A stretch of DNA of 62,985 nt, filler included, from Phoronis australis (taxonomy: Eukaryota > Animalia > Phoronida), in NCBI GenBank assembly GCA_002633005.1. It is 5 parts of 5 records of this genome, joined end to end, with 100 filler letters (N's around TTAATTAATTAA, not from the genome) between each part and the next. Parts side by side here need not be neighbours in the genome. Positions count along the whole stretch, not along the records: positions 17,307 to 43,577 come from NMRA01000939.1; positions 43,678 to 52,733 come from NMRA01001853.1; 3 more parts are not named here. One strand, written 5' to 3'. The notes beneath the pieces were generated by a model. It did not search any database. It had not been told where the DNA came from and worked only from the letters and a program-made list of their open reading frames with translations. Of this stretch, positions 39,201 to 50,731 are shown piece after piece. Both the position numbers and the translations under genes were made by a program. Every line of letters begins with the position of its first letter. The first letter of the stretch is position 1.

Positions 39201-42200
39201 AATGGAACAAACTTTCTGCTAAGGAAAAGACAGACCAGGAGCGATTTCTTCGGGGAGAAGAAAGAGTTGCTAAAGGATTCATGTCTGCGGTGAGTAAGAA
39301 TTGTTTAGCTAATCCATTTTTCACCCTCAAAAGTCAAATATTTTCTGAGTCTTTGAAGACTGAAAGTCATAGTTACCAAAGGTCAATGTGGTATAAATTT
39401 AATTAGTGGTCCTTACTCATCCCATTGCTTGAAGTAAAGAATCAATGTCATTGGATCTATTCCTTCGCTGTGTATTTAGGAACATTAATACGCCATTTTA
39501 ATAACAAATGCACGGGGGGCCACCAAAAAACATGAACCAAAACAACGGTTTGTGCCATGTAGTGTTTCAGTAGGTTGCACAATGGCTAACAATCACGTGA
39601 CTGCCATTTTTGTGAAAATTGCCATCTTAGATGTGAACATGAATTTTGAAAAATGTAACCTCCAGGCGTCTTGATAATTCTTACTCTCAATATACAGAAA
39701 ACAAATAAAATTTAGATTTGTTTTCGATCACCAAAAATATCGGTCTTCAAAGTCTCTTCATATGTCTTCATTTCTTATGGCTAATATCTTGTTTCTATGA
39801 ACAAAGGAGAATCAAGGACATGTTTCCCCTCTACCAAAGATGTCAAAATCGCCGTGCAAATTTCTTGTGAATCAACTCGCACGCTGAAGGAAAATTGATT
39901 TTCAAATACGCTAAAAATGCCGAAAATCAAAAGACCTGAAAATGATCGATTAGGGATTGCCACATAATTTAAATCAATTGAAACACAAACAACTCGCATA
40001 ATTTCCTCGTCAATAATGGGGTTGAATTCATTATTCAGTTTGAGTATTGACAATTACCTTAAATAACCTTTAAATAATTGTTTTCTCAGCTTAAAGCGAA
40101 CTTTCATTTCATTTTTTATGCCGTTTTTGTGTGATTTTTGTTTCATGCCGACAGTATGAGGCTCAGGTTGCAACTTAGCTGTTTCTATCCCTGAAGTTTA
40201 TTTTCGGTCAAGTTGTTCTCCAGCTAGCCACTAGGTAGCACATATCACAATATTTACAGAGAGAGAGATAACCACCTGGTTTGAAATGATATGACATTAG
40301 TGTGTGCGGAAACAATTTTTATCTTCTTGAAGGCATTCTGAGTATTCACATCTTTCATTGTCACAGTCTGAGTGTTTGTGAATCCTAATTTGATTCTTTG
40401 TACTTTCCACGGTCAGACAAGGAAAACACTGGGTCTGCTTGAAATGATGTCCCAGAATGAGGCTGTTGCCGTGGAATTCACCAAGCAACCCCTGGCTCAA
40501 AGAGCAGCTTCTAGTGTAAGTATCACTGCCATCTGTAAAGTCTTAATTTGTCATTAGAAGCTAAGCCTTTTCTGTTTTTGAATGACAAAATTTGGTTTAA
40601 TATAACCAACAGTGGAATAAAAGAGCAAGTCTTGTAGTGTAACTGCTACTCCTGTCTAAAGTAGAGCCAGTCTTCCAGTGTTCTCTGGAACAGAAAATTC
40701 AAATTTGACTGCAATTACAAAATTCATGTACATGTTCGAATGTCTCACGTCCATGTTGTGGGGAGTTTGTGTGTTAAGTCTTGGAATAATTTCTCTGAAC
40801 TGGCACTAAAAGGCCAAAATGTTTTAATTTTCTAGAAATGATTATTCTCCCAATACTTCAAAATCATTGCATAGGTTTTCAAGCTCAACGCAAATAAGGC
40901 AAACTCGTCATGACAAAATTCAAACTCGACACAGTGACGAGCTAAAACAGGTTGTGGTGAACAACGTCCTCCCTCTTAAAGCTTGCTAAGCCATGACAAT
41001 AGGGTGCTTAGGCCTGTGTGCCTAACCCTGCACTAGAGCACTTATCTAACGGATTTTAATCCCCCAAAGAATCCTGTCCATTTTAAATAGGAAACACCAA
41101 ATGGACTGAATGTTTCAATTCACTAGGTACACGATGCAAGGCATTTTGGGCTTGGAGGGGGTAACTTGTCCGAGTAGTGGCACAGAGTATTGTGGATGGT
41201 TGTAAGTCATAGGTATCGTTCACACACAATAGGACTGTTGAAATTGATATACAGTTCTTTGTGTGAACAATGCTGTTAGCCATACTACTGCTCCAGTTGG
41301 ACTGTGTAATTACACACAGCTTAACAAAGGGTTTATGGTCCTGGCTGAGAAGATATTGTTTTATTACCCCGATGGATTCTGCACAGCCTAGCCTGGAATG
41401 GGTAGCAATTTTTTGTGAAGGCTGGATTTTGTGACTGCTTAGATGGGCAGAGTTTCAAGGCATGGCACAAGTGAGTGTAAGTGCACTTTAAAACATATCT
41501 ACGGACTCTGTGAGAATGTATCAATGCTTATTTGTGGTAGACATTTTCGTAATCAAAGGGACATTTGTCTGAACAGTAAGTGAGGGCATATTTGTGGGTC
41601 TGGATGACAGCCTCTCCCCCTCGTGCTATGATTTATGTTTTTTGGCGTAGTGCAAGGACATATTTGATTGCCTATGAATTGTTTAATTCTCCAGATCCTC
41701 GGTTTCTTGGAAGCACTATGTGGTCGTAAAAATGCAGAATTTAAAGTGAAGAATATGACCAAGTAAGTTGAGTAAGCATGCGCACTTGTCTTGAAGCAAC
41801 TTTTTTGAAATATTCTGATTTTGACCAGTTGCCATTAAAGTTGATATCAACTTGTTTCTTACCCACGTTAGAAGCGGTTTTAGGTCTTGGAGTGATGAAA
41901 CTGATGATGAGTTTATTATTTCTTGATTGAGCATAGGCTAAATAAGTTGGGTTGACAGCTCATCTGTGCAGTGATAGCAACTGGTCAAGAAATGGGGTGG
42001 TTCCATCACTAGGCACTAGATGGAGTTGCTCATCATTACATTGGTGTTATCTTCTGATCACTTAATTTCAAGGTTTGATGCATTTGAAGGTATGGAAGCA
42101 GTTAGATACTTCTAAGTAGTTGATCTTGATTTCTAAGGCACCTGTGATACATTTAAGATACAACTTCAATCCGGAAGAGTTGCTCTCTACAATCATCCAT

Positions 42201-43563
42201 CTTATACTGAGAATCACTGAGCAGGAGAGTGAACAGAATTGTGCGTTTACAAATAGTATGGCAAGAGATGCAGACTTCAACCCAGACACTGTGAATAAAT
42301 CTTATGAGGTGATCCAAAGAAAGCGTCTCGGGAATGAAGACATGAGAGAGGAGTGGTCGAGTTTACTAATCAAGGTAGGGCGTACATTTTGAATGTTGAT
42401 TGCAACTTTGAAAATAAAAACTTTAATGTGGATTTCACACACATAATATAGTGAGTCAAAAAACAGATCCACTTAAACAAGAAGCAAATTCAATACAAAC
42501 TGATTCATATAATTAAAACTTTGTGGAAAAATCGCCTCCCATAGACTGATGTTTACGTCTAGCGAATTTGAAAAAATATATGTGTTTAATTTTTACTATT
42601 AAATTAATTTTGGTATGGAATCTGCTTTTTTGGTCATCCTGTAGTAAGTTGTACCGAATCATTTGATTTGCCAGTTAGTTATTAATGTTTAGATTCAATC
42701 ACTTTGTGAGGCAATTGTTAAATTGCTGTAAGAATGAGGATTAAATACCCCATTATTTGTACACAACTTGTGTTGTTCCCTTGGCTGTAGTGAGCACTGA
42801 ACTGGTTGGTGGTAAGACTTCAAAAATATGACAGAAAGAGGGAGGGGGTAGACGAACTGAGGGAGAGGGGGAGGGAAGGGTAAAAGTGAAGTTATTAGAA
42901 GTGTAAAAACATTGAAATAGCTGATCACAGAGGAATTTGAAGTAATTTTTAGTCAATAAAAGATTGCTTGATTTGAAGGGAGGTAAAGTTTTTTACTATT
43001 AGTAGGATTGGAACAGAAATAAAATTTCCAGCGATTCTTTCTCGGAGTGTCTGTTGTTTGTGTTGCCAAAACCCAGGAGATAGTATCACATGATTATCAA
43101 TGCCATCATTCAAACCTCCATCTTGCCTAGAACACATTTTGGAGGTTTTTCAATGGGACGAGTTCAACATTCACAGTTTTACATTGTTATGGACTAAAAG
43201 AGTACGTTCCATGGTAGCTTCTTGATTTATCACTAGTTTCAAGTTGGTGAAGAATTCGACCTGATAGTTGTATTGTGCATTTGAATGTGTTGCGAAAATG
43301 AGGCTCCTCTCCATCTATGATTGGCACTGCAGCTTTTCTTTTCAATGTTTTGCTGCTTGAGAATGTTGGAAGCATGATGAAGTATTTTTTCACAGCTCTT
43401 GGACTTGCACAGCACTAGTGCCACATCATCATCAACAGATGGCGCTGGTGAGGCCAGTGCCTGGCTGGAGGTACTCCAGTCCATTAAAGTAGATAGTAGT
43501 ACTCTCCAACAAGAGTACATCAACCAAATGGAAGAGTTCAAATACACCAGTGCTGAATTACAG
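22914..43563 (+). CDS. Divergent ubiquitin conjugation factor E4 (Ufd2/UBE4)-like protein with Ufd2P core; 3' end cut by contig gap
   Basis: 23 phase-consistent GT-AG exons (~1110 aa): 22914-23201, 23441-23730, 24656-24935, 25491-25549, 26608-26780, 27138-27201, 28543-28608, 29180-29347, 30111-30286 (ignoring the N at 30218), 31697-31849, 33092-33239, 33785-33854, 34827-34940, 36061-36210, 37123-37253, 37588-37749, 38274-38364, 38786-38885, 39195-39289, 40417-40515, 41695-41762, 42158-42374, 43396-43563. Ufd2 motifs: SDGYMISLCAVLLKLCEPF..KLDKI, FNFITECFHITQRALHVG, FSTLPEF, FDKYSVRQE...LW, EWNKLS...EERVAKGF, LEALCGRK...KVKNMTKYNFNPEELL. Confidence 0.88.
23808..24075 (-). mobile_element. ~270-300-bp MITE family, copy 1
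   Basis: Shares TTGGGAC/GTCCCAAATTCTAGA blocks and AAAATTCT termini with copies at 28140, 35184 and 36514, in opposite orientation. Confidence 0.7.
24171..24260. repeat. Long (CA)n microsatellite
   Basis: About 35 uninterrupted CA units. Confidence 0.97.
27254..27373. mobile_element. ~120-bp foldback/MITE
   Basis: ATCGCAAACATTCTAAGTCTGGACTGC and GCAGACCAGACTTAAAATGTTTGTGAT are inverted arms matching 24/27. Confidence 0.75.
28140..28457 (+). mobile_element. ~270-300-bp MITE family, copy 2
   Basis: GGTAAAAATTGTTCA...TGGAGAATTTTGCAGTA, with internal GGGACTGCCAGTATTGTCTATTTCTA shared with the other copies. Confidence 0.7.
33445..33700 (+). repeat. TG-rich ~42-bp minisatellite
   Basis: About five units of GCTTGTGCATGTGTTAACATGTGCACGTCCGTGTGTG-like sequence. 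Confidence 0.85.
35184..35452 (+). mobile_element. ~270-300-bp MITE family, copy 3
   Basis: Inverted termini TACGGGAAAAGTTCTCCAATTAGGGA / TCCCTAATTGGAAAATTTTTACCGTG. Confidence 0.75.
36514..36767 (+). mobile_element. ~270-300-bp MITE family, copy 4
   Basis: Inverted termini GGCAAAAATTCTCCA / TGTAGAATTTTTGCC, with internal GGGACGGCCAGTATTGCCTATTTCTAGAATT. Confidence 0.75.
38008..38235 (+). pseudogene. Degenerate partial duplicates of the Ufd2-like exon 38274-38364
   Basis: 38008 reads RQEIYDLLQSLLMHSEC versus RQEMGELLQSLWMHHEC, after an identical TGTGTTTCAG acceptor. Further fragments: GATGCACCATGAGTGTCAGTCAT (~38116) and ATCTTTGCTGAAGAT (~38210). Confidence 0.75.
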
Positions 43564-43577
43564 GTATTGTTGACTAA

Positions 43578-43677
43578 NNNNNNNNNNNNNNNNNNNNNNN
43601 NNNNNNNNNNNNNNNNNNNNNTTAATTAATTAANNNNNNNNNNNNNNNNNNNNNNNNNNNNNNNNNNNNNNNNNNNN
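43578..43677. other. Artificial contig spacer
   Basis: Same 100-nt N44-TTAATTAATTAA-N44. Confidence 0.97.
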
Positions 43678-46600
43678 ACCGTGCACAGGTGCTGGTCGAA
43701 ACCGACCAATGAATCAAGGCAGACATGCCTTTTTTCAATCGAGTCACCGGTTCAGTTCAACAGGAGTGCACCGAGCTAGCCGGCCTGCCAAGCCAACCAA
43801 TCAGATAACTTAAGAAAAAATATACAACACGGAAATTTGAATAATGATTTTCAATATAAAGATTTTGAGTAAAAAAGGTGCTTACGGTGATTTTCTTGAG
43901 ACTACAAGATAAATAAATAAATGTAAACAAAGAGGTTGCAAACAATTTGGCGCACAAATGGTTTTAACTTCTATTCAGAGTGAACGCAATGATAGCAACT
44001 GCTTCAAACATAGGCGTGGGCAACTAGGAATCAAAGGCAGAAACGTCACGTCAATGAATGCCTTAGCTTAGCGGAGTTTCATTCATTTTCAGTATACCTC
44101 TAACACTTTCATTAATAAGATCCCTCTATCAAATCATGTACTGCGATAAGATCATGTAACCAACAATGAAAGCTTTACTCACAAACTATTGGAGTTGCTC
44201 ACTTCGAGGTGCAGTGCTTGCCTTATTGGTCGGGCGGGCCCCACGCACACCCTCTAATTTTGGCCTTTGTTCAAGTGTTAATATGCCGTAATTCGGATGT
44301 GCAGTTCGCACCTTGCACTTACGTGTGCTAATAGTAAATTAAAGTCCCACACTTAAAAAAGATTTTTATTGTAGATTTCGCCGCGTGCAAGAAACGAAAT
44401 GATGGACACCATTTAGTTCAAATTACTAATACGGCGGACATTTCACACCATCTAAACGGACCCAAAGCACACGAAGGGTGAAACATTGAAACCGTAGTCG
44501 TCAACGAGTTAATCGAATTTGCTAAACACAACAGCGCACACGATAGCGAAACTGCGGTCTCTACCACTATACAGCGGTTCCGCCAACTTTTGTGGTAAAA
44601 CTCTGTTAAATGTTCAATTCGCAATCAACAAAAAGGCAAATTCAAAAAACTTGGTGATATTGACGTTCTATTCACCACTAGTTTTGTATACAATCAACGT
44701 CGAATGCACATCAACGTTTATCAACACGCAAAAGTGTATCACCACAAAGTGTACGCATAGTTTAAAGAAGAGAAAAGCGCGCCAAATGTCACCAATATTC
44801 AGATAGGATTATACTAGGGATTCAATCTACAGTACCCACTACATTCTGTTTATGGAATAAAACAATGACGCACGAACAGTCGCATACTTAGATAGTTCTC
44901 AACAGTGAGGTAATTCTACACGAAAGTCATTCACCTACGTTCTATTAAAACCTAACTCAGGGACTTGAAAGAGCGCCTTTTGTTATGCGCTCTCTCTCCA
45001 CATTCCGTCGAAACATCAACCTACTAGCTCTATAAGGGTGGAAGTGCTCTCGGAAACACGTTTTGGACATTTTTAAACATGTGACATAATTGCCGTAAAT
45101 TTCTTATCTAAGGTCCTTTCATGAACCTTTGAAGCTGACATTTCCACCGCTCTAAAACTCGACCGGCTTCCCGTGATAAATTTTTACTGCTTGCAACTGG
45201 AGACGGCGATTGGGATTTATTCGTGGCCATGCCCGCTGTGAAAAAGCGAGTCTGTCCATAGAAAAACGGTTCAGATAAATATTATTAGAGGGAAAAACAA
45301 GCACATCGCCTGAACGCGAGGACGTGAGAATTGGCCGACTTTGAAGCTGTCAAAACTCAGAACTGTTCGTGGAATGCCTACATTAAATCTGTTGTAAGAG
45401 AAATCATCCCGAAAGGCAAGCAAATTATCAACGTTTTTCGACGATCGTAATTCTCTAATTTTATGACGGTCAAAAAACGAGTCACTCGCATGTCGGCTAC
45501 TCAGTTAACTATTGAAGTTAGATAGATTCCGAAAACGAGCATCTTTCGTTCCGTGAGCAAAAAACGATAAAAGTCTTTGTATGTAGTAACATTGACTCGG
45601 CCATCTAGCCTCTTGGTAAACTTGAACGCCTGCTGGCGAAAAAAATCTACAGTTACTGAATCCGAACTTTTTATAACAGAATTTTACCGAAACTATTTTC
45701 TAGGCCAATGTTCCCACCAACTAGTGCTTGTGTTCATAACATCAAACACGTAAATCGCCAACTAAAACCTGATAACGTTAAATACTACAGCCAACAATTT
45801 TGTTGTCGCTTAAAAGACCCTACAAATAGCTTTTCTCTACATCGATTTAGACAAGTGTCCAGTCGACAGTTGCCGTACAATGTAACAATCACCCCAGGTT
45901 TGAATATTCACATCGACACTACAATGCTACACTATGTCGTCTGCGTTAATTCAATAAGTGGTCGTTTTAAAAATCAGCCCAATTCGATTAAACAATTGTT
46001 GGTCCTGTTGAGACAAACTTGTTCTTTCAATTGTGAAACCCGGGCGGCGCAGTTAGCGTTGAAATTAAAAGAAAACATTAGTAATTAGGCACCGAGTCTA
46101 CAACAATAAGCCGCCACGTTCGATTATTTCCAAAAAAAAGTTTATGAACACTGCATTTTTCCGTGCTTTCAGTGAGACCTTCTGCTCCCCAACTTATCAT
46201 ATACAAGAAACACGGCCCACGAACAATTACTTGTTGATAGACACTCTTAGCTTAGTTTGACTTCAAACCCGCATGCATACTTGAAACCCAGACTCGAGAT
46301 AATTACGTAATTCACTTGGCGGTATCCAGAAATTTTACATCAACGCGCTTTTTTGTAGCAAACCGTTGTCGCGCTACATCACGTCAATTACGTAATGCTT
46401 CTGCGAAAAAACAATTCCTTTGTAACTTTACAGGAAGTCAATGCAAATATCCAACGGGCAACTACACAAAAAACTTCAACATCATGTGAAAGACGCTACT
46501 TATAAAACATTCTGGAGTCATGTTTGGGCCTCTGAAACATAGGTAAAGTAAGCGTTCGAAATAATTTCGTACCACAAATAGCAAAATTACAGAGCCGTAT

Positions 46601-47144
46601 TCTAACAATACACTACAGACAATGTTTAACGCAACGTGTCAGATTCAATGTCACGGCTTCCGACATTGCCTACGCGTCTACTGCTAGAATACAGAATCAT
46701 AATAATTTTCACGGCCGCGAAGACAACAGTAAGGTAACATCAAACGTCGCATCATTAGTCCAATTAGCACGTGCGCGAGAGAGACCTCCGAGTCGTGTTG
46801 TAACCAATCATTACTGTCTCCTATTGCCGTTGGCTCCATGAACGTGAAGATGTCAATTATACGGCATTAGCGAGAGAGGTTCGCACCTGCGCTCGAGACG
46901 TCATACAGTAGTTTCTGTAGGTATCTTCAATAACAAGTTTATTGTCTGTACAACTATAATGACATTTCACCGCCAGGTGACGACACGGGCACTTTTGAAA
47001 ACCTATATTTTATCTATTTATCGCAAAAATGAAAGGTTGGAAAATCGTTTTAAAAATATTTTAGATGTAACATCGCAAAATATTTCCTACAATACGGTGT
47101 TTAAGGGATATTTGCGGCGACTAAAGTAATTTTGTGGGGAATTT

Positions 47145-47213
47145 GAAGGAGCGAGGAATCGAACTCGGTTGCTGGCAGTAGCAGCCGAACGCTATGCCGC
47201 TGAGCTTAATCTC
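47145..47213 (-). repeat. tRNA-derived sequence (SINE head or tRNA pseudogene)
   Basis: Minus strand has A-box-like AAGCTCAGCGGCATAGCG and B-box CCGAGTTCGATTCCTCG; the anticodon stem does not pair well. A degenerate related copy lies near 11365-11410. Confidence 0.6.
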
Positions 47214-48272
47214 AGTCGATATATAACGCTGCATTTTAAGCGTATTTAAATGCTAGAGACACGAGCGCTGATTTCAGCGAATGTCTGACAGAACTGGAAA
47301 TTTGTGATAAAATAGAAATACGCAACGGCTTTCGGCGTTCTATTTTCAGTTGTGGTCAAAAGTAATAGATTTTATTCAAGCAGGCTATTCCGTCCCACAA
47401 TAATTCCAAAACTTTTTCCTCGATCGTAAAACCGATAATTGAGCCATAAGATAAAGTTTAAACATACCGATGACAGAATATTCTGGACAGCGAAATAACA
47501 GAAACGGCACCATACTTTTCACAACCAAGATTCCGTGCAGACTAACGAACACGGCTATAAATCCTAACCCCTCAACTGAAATCTAAATCATTGGCATAAC
47601 TTTGTAGTTTGCGGAATGAAATAACTTTAGTCACGGTCTGCGTCTTCAGAGAATAAAGACCGGAAACGCGACGCGTGCCAGGTTGAGACACTTGCCACTA
47701 TTACAAAGTCGTTAGATAGGACAAGCGTACGTCGTTAGGAAATCGGAAACGAGTTAGGACGCATGACGGGTCGGCAATTGGCACTTTTTGTCTTAAATCG
47801 CACGATAATCACCCGTTCAATTACAGTAAATTAAAGGTATGGATAAGACAAGGTGCTTAGATAAACAGGCGAAGTCAAGTTGCAGATGTGATTTGTAGCA
47901 AAGAGGCCACTCGGTTGGCCAACATGTCGACAGCAGACGGCTAAATGTTCGCCAAGTTACACCATCGGTTGGACATAAAGCAGCCGTGAAGGCAGTTAAC
48001 TGGCCACATTTTGAGATGAGCGGGAAATTAAGTACAAAATGCGACACAAAACCAGTTGTTGAATCAGTGGCACTGTGAGGTTTTCGGTTATTCACGTGCA
48101 CCGTAAATAGTAGGTTTATTTCATGTAGCAGGCCTCCGGTCCATATTACAAATGTATAATACATAGAGAAGTACAAGATTTTTCAAATCTAAATTAATTC
48201 ATATCAAGGAACTCAATTCGACGTTTCTCAGCATAAATTAAATATCTAGCAATTTTTCTCAGGACAGTTAAA

Positions 48273-48545
48273 TCATGAGTCTGTAAAAAATTTCTGAAAA
48301 ACTATCTCGTTCACCTTATCGTATCTTGGTAAGAACAGCACACGTAGATCAGAATATAAATTACATTCGAGAAGAAAGTGTAATTCTGTTTCCTCTTTCC
48401 CACTGTCACAGCAGGGACATATTCTCTTCTCTCTATCAAGTCCGCTAAACCTTCCCTGAAGAATCATTAAAGAACGCGCCGGGCATCTAAATCTTGCGAG
48501 GGCTACTCTGTGAAAATTATTTTCTAGACATGTTATGTATTGAAG
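48273..48545 (-). mobile_element. Non-LTR retrotransposon (LINE) ORF2 C-terminal fragment
   Basis: ALARFRC...L.IL.GRF.GLDREKRICPCCDSGKEETELHFLLECNLYSDLR is the CCHC zinc-knuckle tail typical of LINE ORF2. Confidence 0.85.
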
Positions 48546-48900
48546 TACAAAAAGCGAAACCAAACCAGTTGTTGAATCAGTGACACTGTAAGGAATTTCG
48601 GTTATTCACGTGCACCGAATATATTTTCTTGAAGATTACAAAATATTTTAAGAGAAAACTAACCACTCCAAAATAAATTTCCCTGAAACACGCAAGAGTG
48701 GTTTAATCTGATTGAACTTCCTCCAAGATATTTTACGCTTCACGTTATCTGGTTGTATTATTTGAAAGGTATGTTTAAAAACATTTCGAGCTACCTTTAC
48801 TAATACTGTATTCAATTTATTACGTTCATCTATCCCGCTCATCCTTTTTCGCTGACATATTGTATTTTAATGAAGACGTCATTTCCTTAGGCTGACTTAC

Positions 48901-49259
48901 CCAAGCCAAGTGGACAGCCGTCGGCGTCGGACAGGACCGGGCTTTTCCTCTTCCTCGGCCTTCCTTTCTGGCCGCCGCCGACGCCGTTGAAGAACGGTAT
49001 CTCTGGCGTCGTGGGCGAGTATCCCGCGTCTAAAAGTGGAGTCGTCGGCAGGTAATCGCCGCGAATCAAAAGTTCATAATGTGCCCGGCAGTAAATAGTG
49101 TCATTGTGCATTCCAAACTGGTCCCCTGTCGACAGCGTGCTGTTACAGCTAGCGCACGTGAAACAGTGGAGATGATAAACAGCGTCACGAGCTCTCATTA
49201 CCAACTCGTTGGCAGCGATTCCATGGAGACATCTTGCACAACGCTTGATGGCAAATCGC
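48901..49259 (-). CDS. Lhx2/9: LIM-homeobox Lhx2/9 (apterous), internal exon with second LIM domain
   Basis: AG/GT-bounded exon RFAIKRCARCLHGIAANELVMRARDAVYHLHCFTCASC...GDQFGM...IYCRAHYE...FFNGVGGGQKGRPRKRKSP. The NGVG..QKGRPRKRK motif is diagnostic of Lhx2/9/apterous. No other exons were found on this contig. Confidence 0.95.
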
Positions 49260-50661
49260 CTGTAACAACCACAGAACATTTCAGGGCACTTGTCTAATAA
49301 AACTGAGGAATAAAAAAATGATCGGGCAAAATCCAAACTTGTTTCTTCAGTAACCAGGTTACAACAAAAATCGTGTTCCATGCCCGGTGTCTTTTCTTGG
49401 TAATCGAAATGCAACTCGTATTATTCTTTGTCGCTTTGGTTCTACTTAAATACAAACTCAAAATCCGTGAAAAGCGTTTATATTTTAGGCTGGAGTACTT
49501 TCAAATTTGCGGTATTGACGGTCTAATCCTAGTTGGCACTAGAAGGTCCCAACATCAATGATGTAAGTTCGACTCTGAACACTAAATGTCAAGTTTTTAC
49601 TTGAAACAGCGAGTCATTTGCGCAAAACATTACGTACAGAGCACAACAGATACCGTATACAAGCAGAACGGGAACATCAAGTTAAATTTGGAGATCTTTT
49701 CCGAGTTCGGGAATTAGACCCCTGGTTCTAGAAAGGAATGAATATTCAAAGTACATTTTTTATTTAACGTATAAGCTGGATATCAAGACGTGTATTGAAT
49801 TCAATATTTACTATGAAAGCGGCAAAGGGTAGGCATAAGACACGCGGAAAGCATGCGCGCGCATCAATATACAACGAATTAGTGACCGGCGCGTATAAGT
49901 TAAACTTTTAGACGCATGCGCTTACATCCAAAACAGTTGAGCAACATCTTACAAAAACAACAATTTAATTCTAATACATAGACAAATTATCGTAAATACA
50001 CGCATATCTTGTAGACAGGAATAAACTTTAAAAAGTTGATTTCTCACTAATGAATATAAAGCAGAAGAATGTGCAATTTTTACATAACGTAAAACTACCT
50101 CTAAAACGACCCAATGAAAGGTTCTTTATGAGATGAGCGCCTCTTAAAACAAGAGCGCGGCAAATCCTAACCGGATTACTTTGGTCAAACCCATCTCAGA
50201 AGGAATTAAGAGATTATGTCATAATTCAGTGGTTAAAACCATTTGTTCTGCGTCACATTGCCAGAATAGAAATGCGCTTCAAACACGAACGATGAGAGAG
50301 AGGCAAATAAGGATTTTCTTTAGACACTCATCAACAATCGTGCTTTGAGCAAATGTTTACAGACAAAATGTTGCCCCCCCCCCCTCTTGTGATATCCTAG
50401 ATCCGCCACTGGTAAATGAAGTTTGCTTTTCCGACTAAGCGTCATTATTGACAGTACTCACAGAGCCGTAACTCGGCTGCATTCCGTGCAGAAAGTTTCT
50501 TGCGAGATAAGTCAGATCACATGAGATATCGCGATGTATTATAAGGAAAGCGCGTGATCTCACAAATTTTACTCGCGAGTCTTGCGCCTACGAAACGCGC
50601 CCCTGATAACACTTTTAAGGAGCATTTACAATAAAATTATTAAACTAAAGAAAATCGTACA

Positions 50662-50731
50662 CATGGGCTGCGCAGCACTGAAAAAAGTGTGGGCTATAGT
50701 CCCCCCCAGCCCCTATGATGCGTCGCCCATG
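50662..50731. mobile_element. 70-bp miniature transposon, CATG termini, 5-bp TSD
   Basis: Termini CATGGGCTGCGCA / TGCGTCGCCCATG, flanked by direct GTACA at 50657-50661 and 50732-50736. Confidence 0.75.

Noticed and set aside
47145-47213. Functional tRNA gene
   Set aside because: Anticodon and acceptor stems pair poorly, and a decayed related copy nearby points to a SINE origin.
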